Shown: positions 1 to 10,099 of the stretch, piece after piece
Numbering within the stretch: position 1 is the first letter of the stretch
How the letters are laid out: the number at the start of each line of letters is the position of its first letter
Assembly (NCBI GenBank): GCA_963716745.1
Contig: OY970320.1
Location: 1,344,001-1,408,000, forward strand
Direction: 5' to 3'
From: an uncultured Gemmatimonadaceae bacterium
GTDB lineage: Bacteria > Gemmatimonadota > Gemmatimonadetes > Gemmatimonadales > Gemmatimonadaceae
Length of the DNA stretch: 64,000 nt
Made by a program: the position numbers and the translations under genes
Notes under the pieces: generated by a model
The model's input: the letters and a program-made list of their open reading frames with translations, nothing else
Told to the model about the DNA's origin: nothing
Database searches by the model: none

Positions 1-311
1 CCTGATTATCGAAATTCAATCAAAGAGAGTATCTCAGCAGTAGAGGCGGCAGTAAATATTATCGCAAAAGGCTCGGGAAGTGGCGTCTCCGAAGCAATCG
101 ACAAGATTGCCGAAAGAGTCGAGATTCATCGAGCGCTCAAGGCAGCGATAAAGCAGCTATATGGGTACACGAGCGATGCTGACGGATTCGCCACGCGATC
201 ATGGAGCAGTCAACGGTGGGATACGATGAGGCCAAGTTCATGCTTGTCGCCTGCGCCGCCTTTGTGAATTTCTTTGTCGGCAAGGCAAATTCCGCTGGCC
301 TTATCACCTAG
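1..311 (+). CDS. C-terminus of an AbiJ-like (HEPN-type) abortive-infection/defence protein; partial, one indel near 187
   Basis: Manual translation, not in the ORF track: PDYRNSIKESISAVEAAVNII...LKAAIKQLYGYTSDADG/(I)RHAIMEQSTVGYDEAKFMLVACAAFVNFF...TAG at 309-311. The YRNSIKESISAVE...LYGYTSD..GIRH pattern is typical of AbiJ-NTD4-type proteins. GC is visibly lower than in neighbouring genes. Confidence 0.7.
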
Positions 312-485
312 TACGCCCGTCCAGGTTTCCGCAACCTGTTCTTGCGAATGCGTATTCCAGTAATACCGAAGATCACGCAATCCTGAGCCTCGAGGGAACC
401 GCCACTCTCGGCCGGAGCGCACGCCCCTGTCAGGTCAGGCGCTAATGCCACTCCAGGATCGCCACGCCCCCGATTGAAGGCGTTC

Positions 486-2332
486 CTACTCCACCGTCAC
501 CGACTTCGCCAAATTCCTCGGCTGGTCCACGTTCGCCCCGCGCTTCACGGCAATGTAGTACGCCAACAGCTGCAGCGGCACCGATGACAGGATCGGCGTG
601 AACATGTCGATGGTCTCGGGGATCCGAATCTCATAGTCCAGCTTCCCCGCCAGCGCCGGCTCGTCGCGGCTCGTGATCGCGATCACCCGCCCGCCGCGCG
701 CTTTCACCTCCTGGATGTTCGACACGACCTTGTCGAACACGCTGTCGTGCGGCGCGATGAATACCACCGGCATGTTGTCGTCGATCAGCGCGATCGGGCC
801 GTGCTTCATCTCGGCCGCCGGATAGCCCTCGGCGTGGATGTACGAAATTTCCTTGAGCTTCAAGCGCGCCCTCGAGCGCCGCCGGGAAATTGTAGCCGCG
901 GCCCAGGTACAAGAAGTTGCTGACGGTCTTGAACTCCTCGGCGATCTTCTCGATCATCGGCGCGCGATCCAGGATCTCCTTGATCTTCCCCGGCAGCGCG
1001 TGCATCGCCTTCGCGATCCGCTGCCCGTCCAGCGCCGGCAGTCCGCGCAGCCGCGCCAATTTCAACGTGAACAGCGCCAGCGCGGTCACTTGGCACGTGA
1101 ACGCTTTCGTAGACGCGACGCCGATCTCCGGCCCCGCGTGCACGTAGATACCGCCGTCGTCCTCACGCGCGATGGTCTGACCCACGACGTTCACGATCCC
1201 CAGCGCCCGCGCGCCGCGCTGCTGCGCTTCGCGCATCGCGGCCAGCGTGTCCGCCGTCTCGCCCGACTGCGACATCACGATGCACAGCGTGCGATCGGTG
1301 ATGATCGGATTCCGGTAGCGGAACTCCGACGCGTACTCCACTTCCACCGGGATCCGCGCCAGCTCTTCGAGCATGAACTCGCCGATGAGCGCCGAGTGCC
1401 AGCTGGTGCCGCAGGCGGTGATCACGATGTTGTCGAACTCGAGCAGCTGCTCGTCGGTGATGTTCAATCCGCCGAGCTTCACGTCGCCTTCATCGTCGAG
1501 GATGCGGCCGCGCATGGTGTTCTCGATGCTCGCGGGCTGCTCGAAGATCTCCTTGAGCATGAAGTGCGCGTAGCCGCCGCGCTCGATCTGGTCGAGGTCC
1601 CAATCGATGGAACTCACCGCGCGATTGAGCGGCGCGGCATTCATGTCCATCACGCGATAGCCGTGCCGCTCGAGCACGGCGAGGTCGCCGTCGTTCAGGT
1701 AGATGACCTGGCGCGTGTGCGCGAGAATGGCAGAGACATCGCTCGCGATGAAGTACTCGCCGTCGCCGAGTCCTACGAGAAGGGGAGAGCCTTTGCGCGC
1801 CGCGACGATCTTGCTCGGGTCCTTGGCGCTGAGCACGGCGATGCCGTAGGTGCCCTCGACCTTTCGCAGCGCTTCGATCACCGCTTCCTCGAGAGTGATC
1901 TTGTGGCCGTCGGCGGGCTTCAAGAATTCCTCCACGAGATGCGCGAGGACTTCGGTGTCGGTGTCGCTCGTGAATTTGTGGCCGAGGTCCTCGAGGGCCT
2001 TTGCGAAGCGCCATGCCGTTCTCGATGATGCCGTTGTGCACGACCGCGATGTTGTTGTCGCAGCTCATCTGCGGGTGCGCGTTCACGAAGTTCGGCGCGC
2101 CGTGGGTGGCCCAGCGGGTGTGGGCGATGCCGATGGTTCCGCTGACGGGCTCTTTCTCGATGGTCTTCTCTAATTGCGAGATCTTTCCGGGGGCTTTACG
2201 GACCTGCATGCCTTTGCCGTTCACGAGCGCGACGCCGGCGCTGTCGTAGCCGCGATACTCGAGTCTTTTTAGGCCCTCGATCAGGAAGGGCTGGGCGGCG
2301 CGGGGGCCAATGTAACCGACGATACCACACAT
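486..2332 (-). CDS. glmS: Glutamine--fructose-6-phosphate aminotransferase (two apparent indels near 862 and 2000)
   Basis: N-terminal [39 protein letters not shown] and C-terminal [11 protein letters not shown], spread across three ORFs. Confidence 0.98.
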
Positions 2333-2347
2333 ATTCGACTCTGGGAT

Positions 2348-2389
2348 CGGGAACCGGTTACCGGGAACCGGTGATGAATGACAACGAAT
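2348..2389. repeat. Half copy (one arm) of the CCGGGAACCGGTT-type palindromic element
   Basis: CGGGAACCGGTTACCGGGAACCGGTG-ATGAATGAC-AACGAAT aligns with the left arm of the hairpin at 50434-50534. Confidence 0.75.
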
Positions 2390-2403
2390 TCCTGAACGAC
2401 CAA

Positions 2404-3768
2404 CTACGCCAAGCTATCGAGAGGCTTTCGAGCTCTTGCGATCAAACTCCTGGCTTCTTTTTCGGTCGGCGCCTCGGCGATCACTCGCACTATGGGCTCG
2501 GTGCCGCTCGGTCTGATATGCACCCAGCGGTCGGGCCAGGCTAGGCGGAGACCATCCTGGGTATCGCTCTCGGCGTCCGCGAATTCCTTCTTCAGCGCGG
2601 CATAGACCTTGTCGAGCTTCGCTTTGGGACGGTCGAGTTTGTCCTTCACGATCGCGTACACGGGATAGCGGCCCACGATAGCGGACAGCTTTTCGTCATC
2701 CTCGGCCATCATTTGCAAGATGAGGGCCACGGCGACCGGGGCGTCGCGGCCGAGGTGCAGTTCGTTCAGAATGACGCCGCCGTTCCCCTCCCCGCCGATC
2801 GCCGCCTTCTCCTCGCGCATGCGCACCGCGACGTTCACCTCGCCCACGGGCGCGCGAATGGCCTTGTAGCCCGCCTCGGCGGCCACGTCGTCCATGATGC
2901 GGCTCGTGCTGAGATTCACCACCAGCGGGCCCTCGCGCGAGCGGAGCACCAGCCGGGCGGCGAGCGCGAGCGTCCAATCCTCGCCGATCGCTTTGCCCTC
3001 GTCGCTCACGATCGCGAGACGGTCGACATCGGGATCCGTCGCGAAGCCGACGTCGGCCTTGGCCTTGAGCACGAGCTTCTCGAGTTCGCCGAGGTTCGCG
3101 GCCACCGGCTCGGGCGCACGGGGGAATCTGCCGTCCGTCTCGAGATTGATCGCTGTGACCGTGCAGCCGAGCCGCTGCAACAGCTGCGGCAGGATCACAC
3201 CGCCGGCGCCGCGCACGCAGTCGAGCGCGACTTTGAATTTCCGCAGGCGAATGGCCGGCACATCGATGAGTTTCAACGCGAGCACCGCGCCGATATGCCG
3301 TTCAACGGCGTCGGGGTCCACCGTGACCGTGCCGAGCTGGTCCCACGTGGCGCGCGGCGCGACGCCATCGGCCAGCTTGCGCATCTCCGTGCTATCGACC
3401 GAGTCGAGAAAAAGCCCACTCGGCCCGATGAATTTCAGCGCGTTCCACTCGATCGGATTGTGGCTCGCCGTGATCGCGAGCCCGCCGGCCGCGTGATGGT
3501 ATTCCACTGCGAGCTGGATCGTGGGCGTGGGCGCGATGCCCACGTCGATCACGTTCGCGCCCACACTCTGCAGCGCCGCGACCGTTGCGCGATGAAACAT
3601 CGGCCCCGACACACGTGAGTCACGCCCGACCACCACGCTGCGGCTCTCGCCGGTGGCGATCGCCCACGCCCCGAAGCCCGCCGCATAGCGCGCGACGACC
3701 TCCGGCGTGAGCCCTTCCGCCACTCGCCCGCGCACCCCGGACACGCTCACCATCAACCGATCGTCCAC
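2404..3768 (-). CDS. glmM: Phosphoglucosamine mutase
   Basis: SVSGVRG, ITASHNP phosphoserine loop, DPDVDR metal loop, RPSGTEP. GTG start at 3768 follows AGGGGAG. Adjacent to glmS. Confidence 0.92.
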   Translation of the reverse strand: MDDRLMVSVSGVRGRVAEGLTPEVVARYAAGFGAWAIATGESRSVVVGRDSRVSGPMFHRATVAALQSVGANVIDVGIAPTPTIQLAVEYHHAAGGLAITASHNPIEWNALKFIGPSGLFLDSVDSTEMRKLADGVAPRATWDQLGTVTVDPDAVERHIGAVLALKLIDVPAIRLRKFKVALDCVRGAGGVILPQLLQRLGCTVTAINLETDGRFPRAPEPVAANLGELEKLVLKAKADVGFATDPDVDRLAIVSDEGKAIGEDWTLALAARLVLRSREGPLVVNLSTSRIMDDVAAEAGYKAIRAPVGEVNVAVRMREEKAAIGGEGNGGVILNELHLGRDAPVAVALILQMMAEDDEKLSAIVGRYPVYAIVKDKLDRPKAKLDKVYAALKKEFADAESDTQDGLRLAWPDRWVHIRPSGTEPIVRVIAEAPTEKEARSLIARARKPLDSLA

Positions 3769-3882
3769 ACTCTCCCCTATGAAAGCCGCTCCGGAAGCTA
3801 GCCCGCCGTGAATGACAATCAAGCCGCGCCGAGGTTTCGGAGGCGCCAAGGAATTCGTCTATAGAGGAGCCGCATTTGCGCA

Positions 3883-3914
3883 TCCCGCGGCGCTTCCCGC
3901 TTCCCGCTTCCCGA
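3883..3914. repeat. (GCTTCCC)3 heptamer element, one arm
   Basis: TCCCGCGGCGCTTCCCGCTTCCCGCTTCCCGA is identical over 32 bp to 34871-34902. Confidence 0.85.
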
Positions 3915-3922
3915 GTAGTTAA

Positions 3923-5656
3923 TTGGCTCTTCGCCGCTCGCTCAACCGCCTGCCCCTCAGATGGAAGATGACGATCATTAGCGCGGCCGCCGTTCTGGCC
4001 ACGCTCGTGCTCGTCCTCACGCCCGTGTACCTCGCGAGCCGCTCCACCCTCACCACGCTCAACGCCCAGCGGCTGAGCGCGATCGCCGCCAGCGCCGCTG
4101 TCTCGATCCCCGCGAGCGCCGTGGATTCCATCGCCGCACACGGCCGCAGCACCGCCGCCTTCGTACGCACGCGCGAGACGATGAGCCGCATGTGGACCGC
4201 GAACGGCGGCGACGTGAGCGAACTCACGAACGGCATCTCGCTCGTTAAATCCACGGGCTTCCAGTACGAATACCTCGCGCATTCGTCGTGGATCGCGGGG
4301 CAGCCGCAGTACAGCCAACTCTGGACGGCGCCCGCCGGCCTCGCCGATTCGCTCGCCGCGGGGCACGCGGGCGCTAGCGGCATCTACGACGGCGAAGGCG
4401 GACGCGAACTCGCCGCCGCCGCGCCCGTGTTGCGCGCCGACGGTACGCCCGCGGGCTTCGTCGTGGTCACGCTCAATGCCGAAGATTTCCTGGCCCGCCT
4501 CGCGCGGATCTTCCTCGAGGTCGCGCCCATTCCGCTGCTCATCCTGCTCGGCGCGCTCTTCGTGAGCATCGTCGTGGCGCGCAAGGTCACGGCGGGCATC
4601 GACATCGTGGTCGAGCATGCGCAGGAAGTCGCGCGCGGGAATCTTCGCCACGACATCAGCTACAGCAGTGGCGACGAGATCGGCGAACTTGCCGACGCGT
4701 TCCGGCAGATGACCGCCGGCCTGCGCGAGCTGCTGCGCGACGTGGAGGCGGGCGCGAGCGAAGTGGCCGCCACCGCCGACCAGCTCGCCGCCGGCGCGCA
4801 GGAGATGAGCGCGAGCACGCAGCAGGTGTCGGGCGCCGCGCAGACGATCGCGAGTTCGGCCACGCAGCAGACCACGGGCATCCAGAACATCGTGGCCGTG
4901 TCGAGCCGCGTGGCGACTCGCGCGCACGACGTGGCGCAGCACGCTACCCGCGCTCAGCAGGCCGCCGACACGGTGACGCATTCGGCGAAACGCGCCGCGA
5001 GCGCCGCCGAGGCGGGGCTGCAGAGCATGTCGAATATCTCGAGCGTGACGAGCGAAGCCGTGCCCGCCGTCGCCGAGCTTACCGAGAAATCCGTGCGCAT
5101 CTCGCAGATCACCGATACCATCGCGGCGATCTCACGGCAGACCAACCTGCTCGCGCTCAACGCCGCGATCGAAGCGGCGCGCGCGGGCGAGCACGGTCGC
5201 GGCTTCGCGGTGGTCGCCGAGGAAGTGCGTAAACTCGCGAAGGAATCGGGACGCGCGCTGGAGATCATCCGTCAGCTCGCCGATGAGATGCAGCGTGTGT
5301 CGTCGCGTATGTCCGAGCGCATCACGGACGTGAGCGCCAGCGTGGGCGCCGGCGAGGCGGTGATCCGCGCGAGCACCGGCACGCTCACGCAGATCGCGGC
5401 CGAGATCGAGGGGAGCCGCGAAGCCGTGGCGCGCATCGCCGAGCTCACGAACGCGCAGAAACGCGAATCGGAGACGCTCGCGAAGGAGATCGAGGCGGTG
5501 AGCATCGTCGCCGAGCAGAACGCGAGCACGAGCGAGCAGGTGAGCGCCGTGGTGCAGGAGCAGACGGCGAGCATGGAGCACATCACGGAATCGAGCCAGC
5601 ACTTGGCGGACATCGCCACACGGCTCAAGGGAGTGATGACGCGCTTCGAGCTGTGA
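3923..5656 (+). CDS. Methyl-accepting chemotaxis protein (2 TM, periplasmic domain, HAMP, MCP signalling domain)
   Basis: [17 protein letters not shown]; hairpin tip [34 protein letters not shown]. Confidence 0.95.
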   Translation: MALRRSLNRLPLRWKMTIISAAAVLATLVLVLTPVYLASRSTLTTLNAQRLSAIAASAAVSIPASAVDSIAAHGRSTAAFVRTRETMSRMWTANGGDVSELTNGISLVKSTGFQYEYLAHSSWIAGQPQYSQLWTAPAGLADSLAAGHAGASGIYDGEGGRELAAAAPVLRADGTPAGFVVVTLNAEDFLARLARIFLEVAPIPLLILLGALFVSIVVARKVTAGIDIVVEHAQEVARGNLRHDISYSSGDEIGELADAFRQMTAGLRELLRDVEAGASEVAATADQLAAGAQEMSASTQQVSGAAQTIASSATQQTTGIQNIVAVSSRVATRAHDVAQHATRAQQAADTVTHSAKRAASAAEAGLQSMSNISSVTSEAVPAVAELTEKSVRISQITDTIAAISRQTNLLALNAAIEAARAGEHGRGFAVVAEEVRKLAKESGRALEIIRQLADEMQRVSSRMSERITDVSASVGAGEAVIRASTGTLTQIAAEIEGSREAVARIAELTNAQKRESETLAKEIEAVSIVAEQNASTSEQVSAVVQEQTASMEHITESSQHLADIATRLKGVMTRFEL

Positions 5657-7044
5657 GCGATCCGCTGGCGCTGGTGCCGCTGGCGGCCGCGGCGCGCGCC
5701 GGGCAAGTGGATGGGATCGCCGCACGATCGTTGGTGGCCGCGGGAGTGACACTTCTCCAGCGCAGCGCGCCGCTCGTGCGGGCGCTCAGCGGAAAACGGT
5801 CGGCATTGCTGCTCCCAACTTCACCCGCTTTTCTCGTGGCACTCGCCGCAAGCGACGGGCGCGGCGCGGTGTTCGTGAATCCGCTCGCCGCGCCGGCGGA
5901 AATCGAGTATCAGCTTCGCGACGCGAACGTGGGGGTCGTGTTCACCATCTCGGCGTTCGAGAAAAAGCTGCCCGCGGGATTCCCTCGCGTGTTGTTGGAC
6001 GATGCGCCATCGCACGCGCGCGTCGTGATCAACAGCACCGATCGCGCGATCGATCTCGGCGCGCACAGCGGACTCGCGCTCGAAGGCGAGATGGATGCGC
6101 CGGGGCGCGACGAGGAGGCCGCGATCGTCTACACCAGCGCGATGGCCGGCACCATGCTCGGTGCGATCCTCACGCACCGGAACCTGCTGGCGAACGCACA
6201 TTCGTGCGTGGAGGCGATCACGTTGAGCGAACGCACCGTATCGCTCGCGGTGCTGCCGCTCGCGCATCTGTTCGGATTCACCGTCACCCTCATGGCGCCG
6301 CTGTTGGCGGGCGGCCGCGTGGTGACCCTGCCCCGCTACAATCCGCTAAAGGCGCTGGAATTGATCCGCGATGAACGCGTGACTTTGATCTGCGGCGTGC
6401 CGAGCGTGTTCTACGGCTTGCTGGCCGCCCTCGAGCGCGACGGCGGCGAGCTGAGTTCTCTCGAGGAGTGTCTCTGCGGCGGCGCGCCACTCGCGATCCA
6501 GCTGCAGGAACGTTGGGAGCGCGCGACCGGCGTGCCGCTGCGACAGGGCTACGGTCTCACCGAAGGCGGCCCCGTCTGTCTATTCAATCGCCCGTCACAG
6601 CCGAACCGCCTCGGCACCCTCGGCACCCATTTCCCCGGCGTGGAAGTCGCGATCCACAAGGGCGAGATCTGCATCCGCGGCGAGAACGTGTTCCCCGGCT
6701 ACGTGAGCGGCGGCGAGCACGGCCTGCAAGTGAACGACGGCTGGCTGCACACCGGCGATCGCGGCAGCATCGATCGCGATGGCGTCGTCACGTTCACCGG
6801 CATCATCAAGCCGATGTTCACGCGCAACGGGTTCAATATCTACCCGCACGAGATCGAACGCGTCGTGCGCGAGATGCCGGGCGTGAAGTCGGTGAAAGTG
6901 CGCGCGATCCCCGAGCCCTCGCGCGAGAATGATATCGCGCTCGAGATCGTAGGCTCCGTCACCGAGGGCGACGTAAAGAATTGGTGCGCGACGCGGCTAT
7001 CGCAGTACAAACAGCCCAGCGAGATCGCGATCCTCGCGTCGTAA
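5653..7044 (+). CDS. AMP-binding (acyl-CoA synthetase-like) protein with degenerate motifs
   Basis: QGYGLTE, WLHTGD and NIYPHEIE are present. The P-loop reads [15 protein letters not shown] overlap with the MCP gene. Confidence 0.85.
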   Translation: MSDPLALVPLAAAARAGQVDGIAARSLVAAGVTLLQRSAPLVRALSGKRSALLLPTSPAFLVALAASDGRGAVFVNPLAAPAEIEYQLRDANVGVVFTISAFEKKLPAGFPRVLLDDAPSHARVVINSTDRAIDLGAHSGLALEGEMDAPGRDEEAAIVYTSAMAGTMLGAILTHRNLLANAHSCVEAITLSERTVSLAVLPLAHLFGFTVTLMAPLLAGGRVVTLPRYNPLKALELIRDERVTLICGVPSVFYGLLAALERDGGELSSLEECLCGGAPLAIQLQERWERATGVPLRQGYGLTEGGPVCLFNRPSQPNRLGTLGTHFPGVEVAIHKGEICIRGENVFPGYVSGGEHGLQVNDGWLHTGDRGSIDRDGVVTFTGIIKPMFTRNGFNIYPHEIERVVREMPGVKSVKVRAIPEPSRENDIALEIVGSVTEGDVKNWCATRLSQYKQPSEIAILAS

Positions 7045-7057
7045 CATGCCGCGGCAC

Positions 7058-7567
7058 CTAGACGCCGAAGTACACCTTGAGCCGAGAAAAGTCCTGAGTG
7101 AAGACGAACATTGCTCTCCACTCGTCCCTGGCATCGAGCGGGTCTTCGACGACGTAGACATCGCCAATTCGCAAGACAAGCACCGCCCGCACGGTCCATG
7201 GCGGTGCGCCTCGCGCGACCAGCGCCTCGTACTCTCGATTTATCGCGACGAGCGCAGCGCTGCAAACCGCCTTGTCCTTCACGACCATCACAGCGCTCGG
7301 GGGCACCGACGGAAGACTATCGTGCAACCGTGAGTCATGTAGCAGGGAGTCTCTGAGGCGGACTTGCTCTGCGGTGCGAACGCCATCGCCCGTGCCTGAT
7401 AAGGGCTGGGTCGAGTCGAACGTCTCAGAGACGATCTCTCGGACGCGATCGATCTCGCCCTGCGCCGAGGATGCGGGAACGCATGGATTACGCGCGCCGT
7501 CGAACGAATACTGGCTCGCGGCTAGAATCACCAACATCACGGCCACGCCACTACTAGTTGATGGCAT
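7058..7567 (-). CDS. Hypothetical exported protein with two Cys
   Basis: 169-aa ORF with a hydrophobic N-terminus fills the gap between the AMP-binding gene and the palindromic element. Confidence 0.6.
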   Translation of the reverse strand: MPSTSSGVAVMLVILAASQYSFDGARNPCVPASSAQGEIDRVREIVSETFDSTQPLSGTGDGVRTAEQVRLRDSLLHDSRLHDSLPSVPPSAVMVVKDKAVCSAALVAINREYEALVARGAPPWTVRAVLVLRIGDVYVVEDPLDARDEWRAMFVFTQDFSRLKVYFGV

Positions 7568-7592
7568 AGTTGCGCCGGGCTGAGTTCATGCA

Positions 7593-7815
7593 GCACGACT
7601 GAGATCACGGTTCACGTTTGAACGCGGATCGGACGGATGGAACGGATGAGAGGGAAACCGCATCGATGTCTCAAAGTCGCGATCGAACAAACCGCTTCTG
7701 TTGTTAACAGCAAAAGCTGTTGTCGAATAAGCTTTGTGCCCTTCACGCGGTCTCCGTCCAATCCGTTCCATCCGTCAAATCCGCGTTCAAACATGAACCG
7801 TGATTACAGTCGCGC
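7593..7815. repeat. 223-bp palindromic (MITE/REP-like) element with 9-nt periodic GGAT arms and a central TGTTGTTAACAGCA dyad
   Basis: Left arm ATCACGGTTCACGTTTGAACGCGGATCGGACGGATGGAACGGAT pairs with right arm ATCCGTTCCATCCGTCAAATCCGCGTTCAAACATGAACCGTGAT. GTTAAC at 7703-7708 lies at the centre. Confidence 0.85.
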
Positions 7816-7817
7816 CA

Positions 7818-8870
7818 CTAGGTAGATCGCTGCGACTCCGAAACGAATAGCTCTCCGCGGTAAGCGACGTCCACGAACGCATCCACCACCTGCGGATCGA
7901 ACTGGGATCCCGCGCCGGCCCTCAATTCCGCCAAAGTGTCATCGAACTCCAGCCCGCCCCGATACGGCCGCTTCGACATCATCGCATCGAACGCATCCGC
8001 CACGGCAATGATGCGCGCTTCCACGGGAATATCTGTACCACCGAGCCGATCCGGCACGCCAGTCCCATCCACTCGCTCATGATGATGCCGCACCACATTC
8101 AGCGGCACCGGATTATCCGCCAGCAGCGGCCGCAGGATCCGCCAGCCGAGCAGCGGATGCGTCATGATGTGCTCGTACTCCTCGTCCGTCAGCGGCCCGC
8201 GCTTGTTCAGCACGTCCTCCCGCACGCCGATCTTCCCCACATCATGGAGATGCCCGCCGAGCTCGATGCTCTTCACCAGCTCCACTTCCATCCCCAACTC
8301 ACGCGCTGTGACCGATCCCAACTGGCTCACCCGCACCGAATGCCCGCGCGTGTACGGGTCCTTCAGCTCAAGCGCGTCCGCCAGCGACTGGATCCCCGCC
8401 AGGAATAACGATTCCAGCCGGTCCTGCTGCACCTTCACCTTGTCCTCGAGCCGCAGCTGGTAATCCTTGTTCTCCAGCAGCAGCCGCCGCTTCTCCATCG
8501 CCTGCGCCACGCGCGCGCGCACTTCGTCTATGAGAAAGGGCTTCGTGATGTAGTCCATCGCGCCCATCGAGAGACAACTCACCGCCACATCCACCTCCGC
8601 CACCGCGGTGATCATCATCATCGCCATCTCCGGATACCGCGCGCGCACCTCGCGCAGCAGCTCCGGCCCGCTCATCTCCGGCATGCGCACGTCGCTCAGC
8701 ACGAGCGCGATCGGCTCGCTGTCGAGCACGTCGAGCGCCACGGAGCCGGAACTCGCCTCGAAGCACGTGAACCCCTCGCCCTGCATCACGCGCTTGAGCG
8801 CGCTGCGGAGCGACGGCTCGTCGTCCACGATCAGACAACGCCGCTCCAGCTCCGCGGCCGGGTGCGTCAT
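7818..8870 (-). CDS. Response regulator with HD-GYP domain (RpfG-like c-di-GMP phosphodiesterase)
   Basis: REC domain (IVDDE, LSDVRMP, YITKPF); DPYTRGHS, LHDVGKIG, HHERVDGTGVP, AVADAFDAM, RPYR. Confidence 0.92.
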   Translation of the reverse strand: MTHPAAELERRCLIVDDEPSLRSALKRVMQGEGFTCFEASSGSVALDVLDSEPIALVLSDVRMPEMSGPELLREVRARYPEMAMMMITAVAEVDVAVSCLSMGAMDYITKPFLIDEVRARVAQAMEKRRLLLENKDYQLRLEDKVKVQQDRLESLFLAGIQSLADALELKDPYTRGHSVRVSQLGSVTARELGMEVELVKSIELGGHLHDVGKIGVREDVLNKRGPLTDEEYEHIMTHPLLGWRILRPLLADNPVPLNVVRHHHERVDGTGVPDRLGGTDIPVEARIIAVADAFDAMMSKRPYRGGLEFDDTLAELRAGAGSQFDPQVVDAFVDVAYRGELFVSESQRST

Positions 8871-8915
8871 GCGGCGACCCGCGCTAGATTCCGCTCACTC
8901 ATTCCCATTCTCCGA

Positions 8916-10085
8916 ATGACCAAAGTCTTCGACGACGATCTGAACAAAGGCTTCGGCACCCGCGCCATTCACGCCGGGCAGCGCCCCGATCCCATGAGCG
9001 GCGCGATCATGCCGCCGATCTATCAGACGTCCACGTACGTGCAGCAAGGCCTTGGCGAGCACAAAGGCTACGAGTACGCGCGCACGCAGAATCCCACGCG
9101 CGAAGCGCTCGAACGGAACGTAGCGGCGCTGGAAGGTGCGCGCCACGGCCTCGCCTTCTCGAGCGGCGTGGCTTCTGTGGATTCCTTAATGAAGCTTTTC
9201 AAATCCGGCGACCACATCGTCTGCGGCGCGAACGTCTACGGCGGCACCTTCCGCCTCTTCGACAAGATCTACCGCAACTTCGGCGTCGATTTCACTTTCG
9301 TCGACGCGCGCGATCCGCAGAAGATCGCCGACGCCTGCACCAAGAAAACGGTCGCGATCCTCGTCGAGACGCCGACGAATCCGCTCATGTGGATCACGGA
9401 CATCCGCGCCGCCGCCGAGGTCGCGCACAAAGCGAACGCGCTCCTCATAGTCGACAACACCTTCGCGACGCCCTTCTTCCAGCGCCCGATAGAACTCGGC
9501 GCGGACATCGTCTTCCACTCCACCACGAAATACCTCAACGGCCACAGCGACATGGTGGGCGGCATCGTGCTGCTCAACGACGACGACCTCGCCGCGCGCA
9601 TGCACTTCATCCAGAACGGCGCCGGCGCGGTGCCCGGCCCCTTCGATTGCTGGCTCGCGCTGCGCGGCACGAAAACGCTGCACCTCCGCATGCCGCGCCA
9701 CGAGTCCAACGGCCGAGCCGTCGCCGAATGGCTCGCGAAGAGACTTGGGCCGGAGCGCGTGATCTATCCGGGACTGCCGAGCCACCCGCAGTACGCGCTC
9801 GCGAAGAAGCAGATGTGCGGCATTCCCGGCATGATCAGCGTGGAGACGGGCTCCAAGGCGAAAGCCGACGAAGTGCTGCGCCGCACGCGAATCTTTTCCC
9901 TCGCTGAATCGTTGGGTGGAGTAGAGAGCCTGATCAGTCATCCCGCGTCGATGACGCACGCCTCCGTGCCGATCGAGCAGCGCACCGAGATGGGCATCAC
10001 CGAGGGACTGATCCGCCTCTCGTGCGGCGTGGAAGACGTGGCCGACCTCCTGGCCGACGTCGAGCACGCTTTCAAAGTTCTCTGA
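8916..10085 (+). CDS. Cystathionine gamma-synthase/gamma-lyase family PLP enzyme
   Basis: YARTQNPT, ETPTNP, DNTFATP, HSTTKYLNGHSD (PLP lysine), AESLGGVESL. Confidence 0.95.
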   Translation: MTKVFDDDLNKGFGTRAIHAGQRPDPMSGAIMPPIYQTSTYVQQGLGEHKGYEYARTQNPTREALERNVAALEGARHGLAFSSGVASVDSLMKLFKSGDHIVCGANVYGGTFRLFDKIYRNFGVDFTFVDARDPQKIADACTKKTVAILVETPTNPLMWITDIRAAAEVAHKANALLIVDNTFATPFFQRPIELGADIVFHSTTKYLNGHSDMVGGIVLLNDDDLAARMHFIQNGAGAVPGPFDCWLALRGTKTLHLRMPRHESNGRAVAEWLAKRLGPERVIYPGLPSHPQYALAKKQMCGIPGMISVETGSKAKADEVLRRTRIFSLAESLGGVESLISHPASMTHASVPIEQRTEMGITEGLIRLSCGVEDVADLLADVEHAFKVL

Positions 10086-10099
10086 GACCGGAGCGTTCC

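Noticed and set aside
312..485. Tn7-like transposon end at attTn7 downstream of glmS
   Set aside because: No terminal TGT about 25 bp after the glmS stop and no repeated TnsB-like sites are visible.
486..2332. glmS (and gpmI, ubiX, nrnA, IDH-family gene) as pseudogenes or programmed frameshifts
   Set aside because: Motifs are intact, there are no slippery sites, and indels are scattered across the window; sequencing error is the simpler explanation.
2333..2403. glmS ribozyme in the glmS leader
   Set aside because: The spacer is only 71 bp, lacks the ribozyme core and is explained by a repeat arm.
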